This document shows positions 1 to 10,218 of a stretch of DNA of 64,000 nt, piece after piece. The notes beneath the pieces are model-generated. The model had not been told where the DNA came from. It was given only the letters and a program-made list of their open reading frames with translations, and did not search any database. The position numbers and the translations under genes were made by a program. The stretch is from Candidatus Poribacteria bacterium (GTDB taxonomy: Bacteria > Poribacteria > WGA-4E > WGA-3G), in the NCBI GenBank assembly GCA_022822085.1, contig JAJECK010000061.1:10025-74024 (forward strand), read 5' to 3'. Numbering within the stretch: position 1 is the stretch's first letter; every line of letters begins with the position of its first letter.

Positions 1-30
1 TTCATCAGTTATTATTCTGATTGCATTTAG

Positions 31-160
31 AGCGTATCTCATAAATCACTTGTAGGAGCGGGGTCTCCCCGCCCGTTTAGAAGACTCCTTTCTTATATAG
101 GGACGAGGTAACCTCGCCCGGACGATGAAGGTGTCCTATTATGATTTATGAGATATACTG
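31..160. mobile_element. MITE-like small foldback element (family C) with terminal inverted repeats TATCTCATAAATCA (35-48) and TGATTTATGAGATA (142-155). Its reverse complement matches 56789-56899 plus 57555-57589.
   Basis: Inverted termini are visible directly. The internal GC-rich palindrome gagcggggtctccccgccc is also visible. A second copy in the window (split by insertions) matches this one in reverse complement. Confidence 0.6.
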
Positions 161-186
161 TAGAATTAACTCAAATGAGTAGAACT

Positions 187-1344
187 ATGAAAAAACTTAT
201 TGCCATACTAATATTGATGATACACTCTCAGTTGCTTGCATTAGGTGAGTATTATCCAAAATGTCAGATACCCGCGGTTGTAGTAGCACACCTTTGTTCC
301 TGTAATTCAGAAACTGAAGAATACACCAGAATGCATGAAAAACCTTTACCAGCAGTCGGGACGCACCTAAAGTTTATGGATTCTGGTGAAACACTCGCGA
401 ATTGGAATGGTGAAGACACCGAAAATGTGAGACCATTACGCCTATGGGATGTAAATACAGGAAAACTAACTGGAACATATATGGGAAATGTAATTACAGT
501 TTCTCACAATAACGAATTGATTGCATGTTGGACTCTCAATCGAAATGACTTTTCACCAATTCTACTATGGAATGCAAAAACTGGCAAACTGAAACTCAAT
601 ATATCTGAAAGCAATCAATTTAGAATTAGCAAACTCTTATTTTCTCAGGATGGTGAGAAGTTAATAAGTTGTGGAAGATCGGAAGATAACAAACAGACTT
701 TTGAACTATGGGACACAGAAACAGGTGATCTTAAAGCAACATTAAAAACTAAAGACTATAATCTGGAACCAAGTACTTTTTCTGCCGATAGTCAAATTTT
801 TGTCAGTTCGGGAAATGGAGATATTCAGTTCAGGAATACTACAACTGGTGAACAGATCTTTAGTGTCAAAGATAGTCCTGCATATTTTTTCGATTTTGTT
901 TTTTCTCCCAACGAAAGCATGTTTGCTATCAGTTGTTCTGATGAGACAATTCGGTTGTGGAATACAAAATCACGCAAACAGTTTGCAGTATTGATTGGAC
1001 ATACAGGATCTATCTCTTCATTGGCATTTGCCCCTGATGGTAATACTATAGCAACTGCAAGTACAGACGAGACAATTCGACTCTGGAATACGAAGACTGG
1101 CAAACATATAACTACATTGGTTGGACATACAGAAACGGTCGAGAAAATTCTTTATTCTCCAGATGGAAAAACACTTGTAAGTGCAAGTAGAGATAAAACG
1201 ATTCGTCTATGGGATGTTGAAACGGGAAAGCACAAATCAACACTCGTTGGACATACAGAACCTCCTTCTTCAGTAGCGTTTTCTCCGGATGGCAAGAAAA
1301 TTGCGAGTGTTGGAAAAGAAATACTTCTATGGAAAATTGACTGA
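187..1344 (+). CDS. WD40-repeat beta-propeller protein, secreted (signal peptide MKKLIAILILMIHSQLLA). The ORF track starts at 148, but that ATG lies inside the MITE inverted repeat, so 175 or 187 is the more likely start.
   Basis: Multiple WD repeats (DETIRLWNTKTGK, DKTIRLWDVETGK, FSPDGK...). N-terminal hydrophobic signal sequence. Confidence 0.8.
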   Translation: MKKLIAILILMIHSQLLALGEYYPKCQIPAVVVAHLCSCNSETEEYTRMHEKPLPAVGTHLKFMDSGETLANWNGEDTENVRPLRLWDVNTGKLTGTYMGNVITVSHNNELIACWTLNRNDFSPILLWNAKTGKLKLNISESNQFRISKLLFSQDGEKLISCGRSEDNKQTFELWDTETGDLKATLKTKDYNLEPSTFSADSQIFVSSGNGDIQFRNTTTGEQIFSVKDSPAYFFDFVFSPNESMFAISCSDETIRLWNTKSRKQFAVLIGHTGSISSLAFAPDGNTIATASTDETIRLWNTKTGKHITTLVGHTETVEKILYSPDGKTLVSASRDKTIRLWDVETGKHKSTLVGHTEPPSSVAFSPDGKKIASVGKEILLWKID

Positions 1345-1359
1345 TAAGAGTCACAAGCA

Positions 1360-3639
1360 ATGAATATACAGATAGGAATTAACACTATGAAGTACATTAA
1401 TAAGAATCTGATTCGGACACGTTTTTGGTTTATAATTGTTTTCGTTATTTCGCTAACTATACTTGATCAATTTTATATTTACAGGAATGCTGACGCAATA
1501 GTGTACGCTCCAACATTTTTTGATGATATTAATTTTTCACCCGATGGCAAACGATTTGCAGCAGCGACTTCATTAGGAATTTGGCTCCATGACGCACAAA
1601 CATACCAAAAACGGCTCGTTCTCGATGGAACTGCTGGTATAGGTTATGGACAGATGTACGTTTTATTCTCACCTGATGGGAAGATGTTAGCAGTTGGTAG
1701 AGAAGGATCAAAAGAAATCCAATTGTGGAATCCTATTACAAATGAAATAATTAAGACTTTTATAAACAATTCAGCAAAGATGTCTTGCATAGCATTCTCG
1801 TCAGATGGCAAAACATTAGCAAGTGGAAACTACGACAAAACGATTTTGCTCTGGGACATAACAAGTGGCAATCTGGTAAAAACGTTAAAAGGACATACCC
1901 AAAAAATCACTTCCATTGATTTCTCTCCTGATAATGTAACTCTTGCAAGTGCAAGTTACGACAAGACAATTCGTTTATGGGACATACGCAATGGAAAATT
2001 GTATAATACATTGGATGGACATATAGATTTAGTCTATTCTGTTAGATATTCTCCAGATGGAAAGATTCTGGCAAGTGCAGGATTTCAAGAGATAATGTTG
2101 TGGGATGGACATACAGGTCAACATCTCAAAACCATTACAGGTCTTAGAGGTAGCGTTGAATCCATTGCATTTTCACCCGATGGAACAATGTTTGCAGCGG
2201 GTACTCACAAAGAGGTTAAGTTATGGAACATTAAAGAGACAGAATTTCATCCTTCAAACACGAAATTTAGCAAAACACAAACAGGTATATCATCAATTGC
2301 TTTCTATCCTAATGGAAAGACGATTGTAGGCATGAGCAGCGGTGGATTTCGCGATGTGATATTCTTTTGGGATGTTCGATCTGGACAGCAGAAGTTTATG
2401 ATATCAGACACTCAAAGAAATAGTGAACAAACAACCAAATATTCACCCGATGTAAATAGGTTAGTTCGGATTACTACAGGTAATCTATGGCAGGACGTGA
2501 TTAGATTTTGGCAAATTCCCACTAATACGTTTCAACTGTTAATTAGATCCATATTTCCAATGGAGAAAACTGAAACACGACTGTTTGATGTACATAAAGA
2601 ATTTGTCCAATCAACTATGTTCTCACCAGATGGCAAAACACTCGCAAGTATGAGTAATAGCGAAATTGTACTCTGGAACACTATTACAGGCAAACACAAA
2701 GAAATTTTAAGTGAACCATCAGCACAGTTCTATACACTTGCTTTCTCTCCTGATGGCAACACATTGGCAACGGGTGATGGATGGAATAACAATTGCATTC
2801 GTCTATGGGACACAAAAACTGGTGGGCAAATAGAAGTCCTTAAAGGACATGCTTCTTGGATTGATTCCCTTGCTTATTCTCCAAATGGTAAAAACTTGGT
2901 TAGTGGTAGTCGGGATAATACAATACGTCTATGGGACCTCAAAACTGGAAATCATAAGATAATACACAACAGGCATAATACAACGGTTCATAACACAGTA
3001 TTTTCGTCAAATGGAAAGTATCTTGCAAGTGTCCTACAAGATGACACGATCATATTGTGGGAAATGTCAACATTAATAAAGGACAATAAACCAAAAGCTA
3101 TATTAAAGGGACACACAACTCATATAAATCACCTGATATTTTCTAAAGATGGAAAAACACTTGCAAGTGGTAGTTGGGATAATACGATCCGTTTGTGGGA
3201 TACGAAAACAGGACTTTGTAAGGCAACACTTATAGGACATACTTCTGATATCAACTACCTCACATTTACACCAGATGGAAAGACATTAGTCAGTGGAAGC
3301 TATGATAGAACCGTTCGGCTATGGGAAACAATAACTGGTAGAGACCTTGCTGTCCTTGAAAAGGAAAGAGACCCACGGTTTCAGATTGTTATGTCCCCTG
3401 ATGGAAAGACCTTAGTTACTCAAGAAGATTATGAATCATTCCATTTATGGAACTTGAGAAATGGGAAACTCCGTCATTCTATAAAAGAAGATCAGGTTTA
3501 TTTCGATGCCTTCGCTTTTATAAATGGTGGTACGACTCTGATAAGTATGGATTGGAGTGATACATTACATGTTTGGAATTCGGGTATTGGTGGTTACAAG
3601 ATAAAAATAAAAACTAAGGAAGATTCAGACTTCAGATAG
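1360..3639 (+). CDS. WD40-repeat protein with N-terminal transmembrane anchor (759 aa).
   Basis: N-terminal TM helix (FWFIIVFVISLTILD). At least 10 WD repeats with (S/F)SPDGK...LAS and D.TIRLWD motifs. 15-bp gap to the upstream paralog. Confidence 0.85.
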   Translation: MNIQIGINTMKYINKNLIRTRFWFIIVFVISLTILDQFYIYRNADAIVYAPTFFDDINFSPDGKRFAAATSLGIWLHDAQTYQKRLVLDGTAGIGYGQMYVLFSPDGKMLAVGREGSKEIQLWNPITNEIIKTFINNSAKMSCIAFSSDGKTLASGNYDKTILLWDITSGNLVKTLKGHTQKITSIDFSPDNVTLASASYDKTIRLWDIRNGKLYNTLDGHIDLVYSVRYSPDGKILASAGFQEIMLWDGHTGQHLKTITGLRGSVESIAFSPDGTMFAAGTHKEVKLWNIKETEFHPSNTKFSKTQTGISSIAFYPNGKTIVGMSSGGFRDVIFFWDVRSGQQKFMISDTQRNSEQTTKYSPDVNRLVRITTGNLWQDVIRFWQIPTNTFQLLIRSIFPMEKTETRLFDVHKEFVQSTMFSPDGKTLASMSNSEIVLWNTITGKHKEILSEPSAQFYTLAFSPDGNTLATGDGWNNNCIRLWDTKTGGQIEVLKGHASWIDSLAYSPNGKNLVSGSRDNTIRLWDLKTGNHKIIHNRHNTTVHNTVFSSNGKYLASVLQDDTIILWEMSTLIKDNKPKAILKGHTTHINHLIFSKDGKTLASGSWDNTIRLWDTKTGLCKATLIGHTSDINYLTFTPDGKTLVSGSYDRTVRLWETITGRDLAVLEKERDPRFQIVMSPDGKTLVTQEDYESFHLWNLRNGKLRHSIKEDQVYFDAFAFINGGTTLISMDWSDTLHVWNSGIGGYKIKIKTKEDSDFR

Positions 3640-3654
3640 ATATGACAATTTTAG

Positions 3655-3796
3655 ATCATCAGGACTTACGCATTTTCTCTTAAAGTCCCCTTGATAAGGG
3701 GGATTTAGGGGGTTAAAAAGACTAAAAACACTGAAATATCGCATCATTTAACCCCCCTACCCCCTTATCAAGGGGGAATGCGTAAGTCCTGATCAT
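3655..3796. mobile_element. MITE-like foldback element with 17-bp perfect inverted termini ATCAGGACTTACGCATT (3657-3673 and 3777-3793, the latter as reverse complement) and an internal long hairpin (ccccttgataaggggg...ccccttatcaaggggg).
   Basis: Terminal and internal inverted repeats seen directly. Related termini (CAGGACTTAC) recur at 35464-35585 and 48465-48735. The element sits between two WD40 genes. Confidence 0.65.
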
Positions 3797-3823
3797 TTTA
3801 TCATACATGTTTCAGGAGTACTC

Positions 3824-5932
3824 ATGAGAAAACTGATTGTAATTCTTATAGCAATGTTACAGTTCCTGCCAAGTGGTTCTACCCAAGAATATTCAAAATG
3901 GGAATTACCTGAAGGTGCCTTGGCACGCATTGGAAAAGGACACATTACAGGTAACATTGTGTTTTCACCTGATAGTAAAATGTTAGTTATTCCGAGTTCA
4001 ATTGGGATCTGGCTATATGATGCAACGACATACAAAGAACTCAAGCTGCTGACAGCAGATGTGTCTAATATTGTGTTTTCACCTGATGGACTTATGTTTG
4101 CCGCTAATGATTCATCAGATAATTCTGTTGAATTGTGGGATATATCTTATGACCCAATCCAGATGAAATACAAAACTACACTAAAAGGTCATACAAAAGA
4201 TATTACGAGCATTAAATTTGCATCTGATGGTAATACGATTGCAACAGCAAGCGAGGATAGGACAATTATCTTGTGGGATATAAATACTAGCGAGAACAAG
4301 TATGTCCTTAAAGGACATACAAGAAAAATAAACGCTATTGTCTTCTCTTCAGATAACAGCATGTTGGCAAGTGGTAGTGATGGTGGAACAGTTATACTGT
4401 GGAATACAGAAACTGGTGATCAGATATTTATGTTCAAGGCAGAATCTAAGGACAAGCACTATAGAAACGCGGTGTCTGCTGTAGCATTTTCACCAGATAA
4501 CAAGGCTCTTGTTAGTCTAACCTATGACGGATCAATCCGATTATTTGATGTGAAATCCGGAGAACATATTCGGACACTCAAAGGGAAATTGTATGGTGGT
4601 CAACCAGAAGACTATTCAATTGCATTCTCTCCAGACAAGCAGACAATAGTAACTATAAATGATAATAATACAGAATTGTGGAACTTTAAGACAGGCAAAC
4701 TGCACTGGCAACATAAGGGACGAATACATATCTCTCCAGATTGGAGTCGATATGCGAGTGCGAAACAGACTGAAATCGAAATATGTGATATGAACGAGAG
4801 AAAACTGGTTAAAACACTTACTGATTTTAAATCGAGATACAAACCTTTGGTATTTTCTCCAGATGGTAAAAAACTTGCAAATGAACTGGGAATCTGGGAT
4901 GTTGACAATGATACGCACGTCTTCATCAATGAAGAACACGGTTTAATTGGTTCACCTGTGAGATTCATTCACGATGGAGACACAATTGCCAGTTGGGGGT
5001 ATAAACAAATACATCTATGGGATATAAATACTCAAAAGCAGATTAGAACTTTCTTAGGAGAGGTCACAGCAATGTCATCAGATGGAACTTTGATAGCAAC
5101 TGGTATTAAAAAGGTTAATAATTGGAATGAACCTTACTTTATACAATTGTGGAACACAAAAACGGGTGTAGGGGAACGGATAATCTCTACTGACAATAAG
5201 AATAGATTGCAGTTAATTCACTTTTCTCCAGACGGTCAAACATTGGTAAGTCGTGTTTTGAGTTCTGATCCCACACTTGAACTCTGGAATGTGAGTACAG
5301 GTGAACATAAATTAACAATCAATACCAAACCCTATAACGTTAATTCTGTAGAGTTTTTTCCTGATAGTCAAACGTTGATCGGTTTAGGCGATTATGGTAT
5401 TCCATTGTGGAACGTTGAAACCGGTGAGCTTATGACAACACTAAAAGGACATACAGGAGGCGTGGATTTTATTGTGTTCTCACCCGATGAAAGTGTTTTA
5501 GCGAGTGCCAGTTTTGACGAGACAGTTCGTCTGTGGAATACAAGGACCTTTGAACTCATTGCAACTCTTATTGGACATACAGAAAAAGTTTATTCAATTG
5601 TCTTTTATCCAAATGGTGAAACCGTAGCAACGTCAAGCTTTGGAGGGATTACTCGTACGTGGGATACAAAGACCGGACAACTTAAGAAAACACCCCTTGA
5701 ACATGAACCACATGCAATTCACCCAGATGGAAAAACATTAATAAGTTTAGGCGCAGGTAAAATTCAGTTTGTAGACACAAAAACATGGGAATCCATTCTG
5801 ACGCTTGATAACCATACCGATTACATTAGTACAATTATAGTATCTAAAGATGGAAAAACTATAGCAAGTGTTGGCAGTACTATTCTGCTCTGGAAAGCTG
5901 ATAATCCGAACCTATTACCTGTTAGAGAATAA
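3824..5932 (+). CDS. WD40-repeat protein, secreted (signal peptide MRKLIVILIAMLQFLPSGST).
   Basis: Signal peptide. Repeated FSPD(G/S)..LAS and D.T(I/V).LW(D/N) WD motifs throughout its 702 aa. Confidence 0.85.
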   Translation: MRKLIVILIAMLQFLPSGSTQEYSKWELPEGALARIGKGHITGNIVFSPDSKMLVIPSSIGIWLYDATTYKELKLLTADVSNIVFSPDGLMFAANDSSDNSVELWDISYDPIQMKYKTTLKGHTKDITSIKFASDGNTIATASEDRTIILWDINTSENKYVLKGHTRKINAIVFSSDNSMLASGSDGGTVILWNTETGDQIFMFKAESKDKHYRNAVSAVAFSPDNKALVSLTYDGSIRLFDVKSGEHIRTLKGKLYGGQPEDYSIAFSPDKQTIVTINDNNTELWNFKTGKLHWQHKGRIHISPDWSRYASAKQTEIEICDMNERKLVKTLTDFKSRYKPLVFSPDGKKLANELGIWDVDNDTHVFINEEHGLIGSPVRFIHDGDTIASWGYKQIHLWDINTQKQIRTFLGEVTAMSSDGTLIATGIKKVNNWNEPYFIQLWNTKTGVGERIISTDNKNRLQLIHFSPDGQTLVSRVLSSDPTLELWNVSTGEHKLTINTKPYNVNSVEFFPDSQTLIGLGDYGIPLWNVETGELMTTLKGHTGGVDFIVFSPDESVLASASFDETVRLWNTRTFELIATLIGHTEKVYSIVFYPNGETVATSSFGGITRTWDTKTGQLKKTPLEHEPHAIHPDGKTLISLGAGKIQFVDTKTWESILTLDNHTDYISTIIVSKDGKTIASVGSTILLWKADNPNLLPVRE

Positions 5933-6030
5933 GTGCAGTGTATTACCTAAAAGTTATACCTAATTCACCTGAGAAATCCAAATTCATTGTGGGATGAGAT
6001 ATCAGGGAATGCCTAACGGAGGAACAACAA

Positions 6031-8286
6031 ATGAAAGACTTTAACAACCACCAAAACACACTCAGCTCAAGGCTCGTATTCATCATCTTAGTATGTCTAA
6101 TCTTCTATCTCCTTCTGTACATTCCTATACCTGTTGATGCTCACAGTGTGTCTGAAAGTTCTAAAATCAAAGATTTCGCCTATTCACCTGATGGAAATAG
6201 ATTGGCAATAGCTGCTCATGATGAAGTATGGTTATTTGATGCACTCACCTATGAAAAACGACTCACTATAGAGGATAGGACACATCCTTTTGGTGGATGG
6301 TACAATCATGTTGTGTTCTCACCTGATGGAAGGACATTAGCAAGTGTAAATAACCGAAATGATGAGATTCAATTATGGAATCCAATCAATGGTGAAAATC
6401 TATTATCAATTCATGAACCAGCAGAATATATTACTTCTATTAGGTTTTCACCAGATGGGAAAAGAATCGCAAGTGAAGGATCAGATGATAATATCAGAAT
6501 ATGGGACGCACACACAGGTCAACTTATAAAAACTCTCAAAATTGACTTAGGTTCATCATTTACATTTTCGCCTGATGGTAATACGATTGCAACGGCAGGA
6601 TATCAGAAAGTCCATTTATGGGACGCACACACAGGTCAACTCATAAAGACATTTAATGGACATACAGATTTCGTGTTTTCAGTTGTATTCTCACCAGATG
6701 GAAAGATACTTGCAAGTTCAGGTTTTCAGGAAATTCTATTATGGGATCCACAAACAGGCAATAAACTAAATACGCTTGCTGGACATAGAGGGTGTGTTGA
6801 ATCTCTTGCTTTTTCTCCTGATGGATTGACACTTGCTGGTGGAAGTTACCAAGAAATATTACTGTGGGACGTTAGTGAAGCAAAACATCTCGATACACTT
6901 TCACTTAGAAATATTTTTACAGCAGGAGTTACTAAAATAGTATTTTCTCCAGATGGGAAGAAGATTGCAAGTATGAGTGATTCATATTGGAACAGGATTA
7001 TAATATGGGATGTCGAAACTGGAAAGTATAATCTAATGATCAAAGATGACCGGATATACAACAGCACTCCAATTAAATTTTCACCAGATGTCAATACTGT
7101 AACCTATATCGTTGAAGATTCATTATCGGGTTGGCAATACGTGTTCGTCTCCATGCAATTGCCTATAGAAAAACTTGTAACTGGAAAGACCAACATCGGG
7201 AAAATACAACGTCAAGGCACTAAATTAAGTAAAGTCCATGAAATACCTGTCTTCTACCAATCACCCGTTAAATCAACGTTTTTTTCACTTGATGGAAAAA
7301 CGACTGTTAGTATAGGCAACAATGAAATCGCTCTATGGGATACAGATTCAGGCAAACACAAAGTTACAATTAAAGACGAATTCAAACAAATATATTCTGT
7401 AGCATTATCTCCCGATGGGAAGACTCTCGCAAGTGGAAACGGTTGGAATAACAATCAGATTCGCTTATGGAACGCAATAAATGGAAATCTCATATCAATC
7501 CTCAATGGACATACGTCATGGATTGATGAACTGGCATTTTCACCAGATGGGAAAACGCTGTTCAGTGCAAGCCGGGACAATACAGTCCGTCTGTGGGATG
7601 CAGAGACAGGCGATCATAAAGGCACACTCAAAGAACATACCGCAGGTGTACATACGATTGAATTCTCACCCAATGGTGAACTGCTTGCAAGTGCATGTCA
7701 AGACAACACAATAATGCTATGGGAAGTGTCGTCTACTTTGTTGAACGATAAACCTATAGCAACCTATGTGGGACATACAGACAAGATCAATCAAATCAAG
7801 TTTTCTCCAAACGGTAACACACTTGCAAGTGCAAGTTGGGATCATACAATAAAGTTGTGGAATATTGATACTGGAAAAACTGAGACGCTCAAGGGACATT
7901 TCTCTCGAATTGATTACCTTGAGTTTTCAAAAGATGGGAACACTCTGATTAGTGGTAGTTTGGATAGAACTATCCGCCTATGGGACACAAATTCTGCCAC
8001 ACTCCGTACTATCCTTCAGAAGAGCAGAGAACGAAATTCACAAATAGTTCTGTCACCAGATGGGAAAACATTAGTTAGCAAGGAAAATTATAATTCACTT
8101 CACTTATGGGATTTGAATACGGGGAAACTCCAAACTTCCTTCAATGGAGGAGACTTTGAGACTTATGAATTCTTACCAGATGGTGAAAGCCTAATTAGCA
8201 CAGAACATCCTCAATATGGATTATATGTGTGGAATGTTGAGACTGGAAAACTTCAAAGGAAAATAGAAACACGAAACGTTAAATGA
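6031..8286 (+). CDS. WD40-repeat protein with N-terminal transmembrane anchor (751 aa).
   Basis: TM segment (LVFIILVCLIFYLLLYIPIPV). WD repeats (DDNIRIWDAHTGQ, DNTVRLWDAETGD, DHTIKLWNIDTGK). Confidence 0.85.
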   Translation: MKDFNNHQNTLSSRLVFIILVCLIFYLLLYIPIPVDAHSVSESSKIKDFAYSPDGNRLAIAAHDEVWLFDALTYEKRLTIEDRTHPFGGWYNHVVFSPDGRTLASVNNRNDEIQLWNPINGENLLSIHEPAEYITSIRFSPDGKRIASEGSDDNIRIWDAHTGQLIKTLKIDLGSSFTFSPDGNTIATAGYQKVHLWDAHTGQLIKTFNGHTDFVFSVVFSPDGKILASSGFQEILLWDPQTGNKLNTLAGHRGCVESLAFSPDGLTLAGGSYQEILLWDVSEAKHLDTLSLRNIFTAGVTKIVFSPDGKKIASMSDSYWNRIIIWDVETGKYNLMIKDDRIYNSTPIKFSPDVNTVTYIVEDSLSGWQYVFVSMQLPIEKLVTGKTNIGKIQRQGTKLSKVHEIPVFYQSPVKSTFFSLDGKTTVSIGNNEIALWDTDSGKHKVTIKDEFKQIYSVALSPDGKTLASGNGWNNNQIRLWNAINGNLISILNGHTSWIDELAFSPDGKTLFSASRDNTVRLWDAETGDHKGTLKEHTAGVHTIEFSPNGELLASACQDNTIMLWEVSSTLLNDKPIATYVGHTDKINQIKFSPNGNTLASASWDHTIKLWNIDTGKTETLKGHFSRIDYLEFSKDGNTLISGSLDRTIRLWDTNSATLRTILQKSRERNSQIVLSPDGKTLVSKENYNSLHLWDLNTGKLQTSFNGGDFETYEFLPDGESLISTEHPQYGLYVWNVETGKLQRKIETRNVK

Positions 8287-10207
8287 ATATCTTGTAAGTA
8301 CGTACCCCTGTTGCCGGGCCAATAATTGCCCAGATGCTACCAATGACATAGTCTCCCAAAATCAGACCCAAAAACAACGGAGCAACTTTACGATGTAACT
8401 TCAAACCACCGTGCCGTAATATCAATAACTTCAGAAACCAGGCAACAAAGAAAGCAAACCAGAAATAGTCCATCGCAAAACTAATCGCGAGCGCATAACC
8501 AGCAGGATGGAAGGGCCACCATAGGAAATGCATCCGCATATACATCATAACAAATGTCAGTAGTGCACCAATCCCCATAAAACCAATGCCAACAACATTC
8601 GGATCAGAGGGATTATGTAACCACCGTTGCAGTCTACCAAATGACTCTCTACCGACCCATCCCTTGAAACCACCTGCTTTTGCAACAGCTCCGTTCCGAA
8701 AAGTAATGTCGAGATTTGCCCAAAAAGTTGCCATAATACCAACTACAATCGCAATCAGCATAGCAACCCATAGCTGTCTATTACCCATTCCTGTTGATTC
8801 TGCCAATTTAAACGCCTCAATCTGATTCGGCATTGGATGATTGCGATAACCGCGATTGAACCAATAGAAAAGCGACATGATTGTAAGGCTACTTGTGTCA
8901 AACTGCCGTGTTCCACCTACCATTGCCAACATATCGTGTGGATTGACGTAGTATATCTCATGAGGTGTCCCAAGTTCCGCACGAACCCGAGTTATTGCAA
9001 ATGAGAGAAGGAAATATACACCGAAGAAAATGGCGGCAATCCATAAAGCCATTCCCGCAATATTGGCAAATATACCAAGAGCAATAAGTGATCCAATAAT
9101 ACCTAATAGGGCAGCACGATATGGCATCGGTTCATCAGTATCATCCATCATTGTTCTGAAACCGAGTGCCTTTTTGAATACCTGTATCAAATGACGACGA
9201 GTTACCCATACTGCAAGAACGAACAACGCAACCCACGCTCCATAAGCCTGTTCATTCAAAGCTGGAAAATACCGTGTACCGAGTGCAGCTGCAATCACAA
9301 ATTCTGCTAAACGCACCACAAAGAAAAACCAACACGAAAATGACAGATCAAGTGGAAGGAAAAATGCTAATCCTACAGCAAACGGATAGATAGAAATACG
9401 TGTCCCCCGAATCGCACTCCATGGACGTTCCGTGAAGATATTTTGGAACACAGCAGTTCGTTTGATATAGGGTATCAGCGGAAACTGCGGAAACAGATAA
9501 TTTATTCCATTTACTACACCAATTACCACTGCTATTGTAAATCCTACCCACATCATCCTATTCTTTAACAAACTACTTCCGCCTGCTTCGGATAAATGTA
9601 GGGGTAGTTGTATAATCGGATAAGCCAATTTCTCCTGTTCTGCCCACCGTTTGCGAACGAGTGTATTGATACATAGCATCATAAACATCATCGTAAGGAA
9701 GAAGAGACCCCAGAACACCAAAGGTTTTAGCCAAACTGTAAAGTTATGATTGGTATAGAAACTGGACTCACCTTCATAAAATCCTTGTAGACTCTGCTGA
9801 TCAGAAACGGTAAGCCATGATGGTAGATACCGAAAAAATAGTGTTTGCCATTCATTCTCTTCTGTGGCAAAGCGAAAAGGATGGGCAATACTTCCAAACA
9901 TATTCTGCATGGTGTCATGTCCGGCAAATGTACAGGAAATTGCCACCATAATATAGATCGTGAGTAACTCACCTTGTCGCAAAATTCGTTGTGGTGCAAT
10001 CCGTTTCAATATTAGGTTGGCTACGACACACACAAACATTATGAAAATAGGTTGAATAAATAGCGGAAGACAGGAACCGTCAAGTGAATAATATTTTACC
10101 TCAACTATTGTCATCCAGTAGACATTGATTGGAATCAGCAATACACCTAAGAGCAGTGAACGTCCAGTGATGTGCGTAGTTGAAGAATTACGTCCTTGTG
10201 TTGTCAT
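8279..10207 (-). CDS. Polytopic integral membrane protein of unknown function (642 aa, at least 12 predicted TM helices).
   Basis: Long uninterrupted ORF with many hydrophobic helices. Its 3' end overlaps the WD40 gene by 8 bp in convergent orientation. No recognisable catalytic motif. Confidence 0.6.
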   Translation of the reverse strand: MTTQGRNSSTTHITGRSLLLGVLLIPINVYWMTIVEVKYYSLDGSCLPLFIQPIFIMFVCVVANLILKRIAPQRILRQGELLTIYIMVAISCTFAGHDTMQNMFGSIAHPFRFATEENEWQTLFFRYLPSWLTVSDQQSLQGFYEGESSFYTNHNFTVWLKPLVFWGLFFLTMMFMMLCINTLVRKRWAEQEKLAYPIIQLPLHLSEAGGSSLLKNRMMWVGFTIAVVIGVVNGINYLFPQFPLIPYIKRTAVFQNIFTERPWSAIRGTRISIYPFAVGLAFFLPLDLSFSCWFFFVVRLAEFVIAAALGTRYFPALNEQAYGAWVALFVLAVWVTRRHLIQVFKKALGFRTMMDDTDEPMPYRAALLGIIGSLIALGIFANIAGMALWIAAIFFGVYFLLSFAITRVRAELGTPHEIYYVNPHDMLAMVGGTRQFDTSSLTIMSLFYWFNRGYRNHPMPNQIEAFKLAESTGMGNRQLWVAMLIAIVVGIMATFWANLDITFRNGAVAKAGGFKGWVGRESFGRLQRWLHNPSDPNVVGIGFMGIGALLTFVMMYMRMHFLWWPFHPAGYALAISFAMDYFWFAFFVAWFLKLLILRHGGLKLHRKVAPLFLGLILGDYVIGSIWAIIGPATGVRTYKIFI

Positions 10208-10218
10208 TTAAATGGTTG

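Noticed and set aside
8557-10000. Several 60-90 aa ORFs on both strands inside the 8279-10207 membrane-protein gene.
   Set aside because: They are nested in a long, continuous TM-rich ORF, so they are shadow frames.
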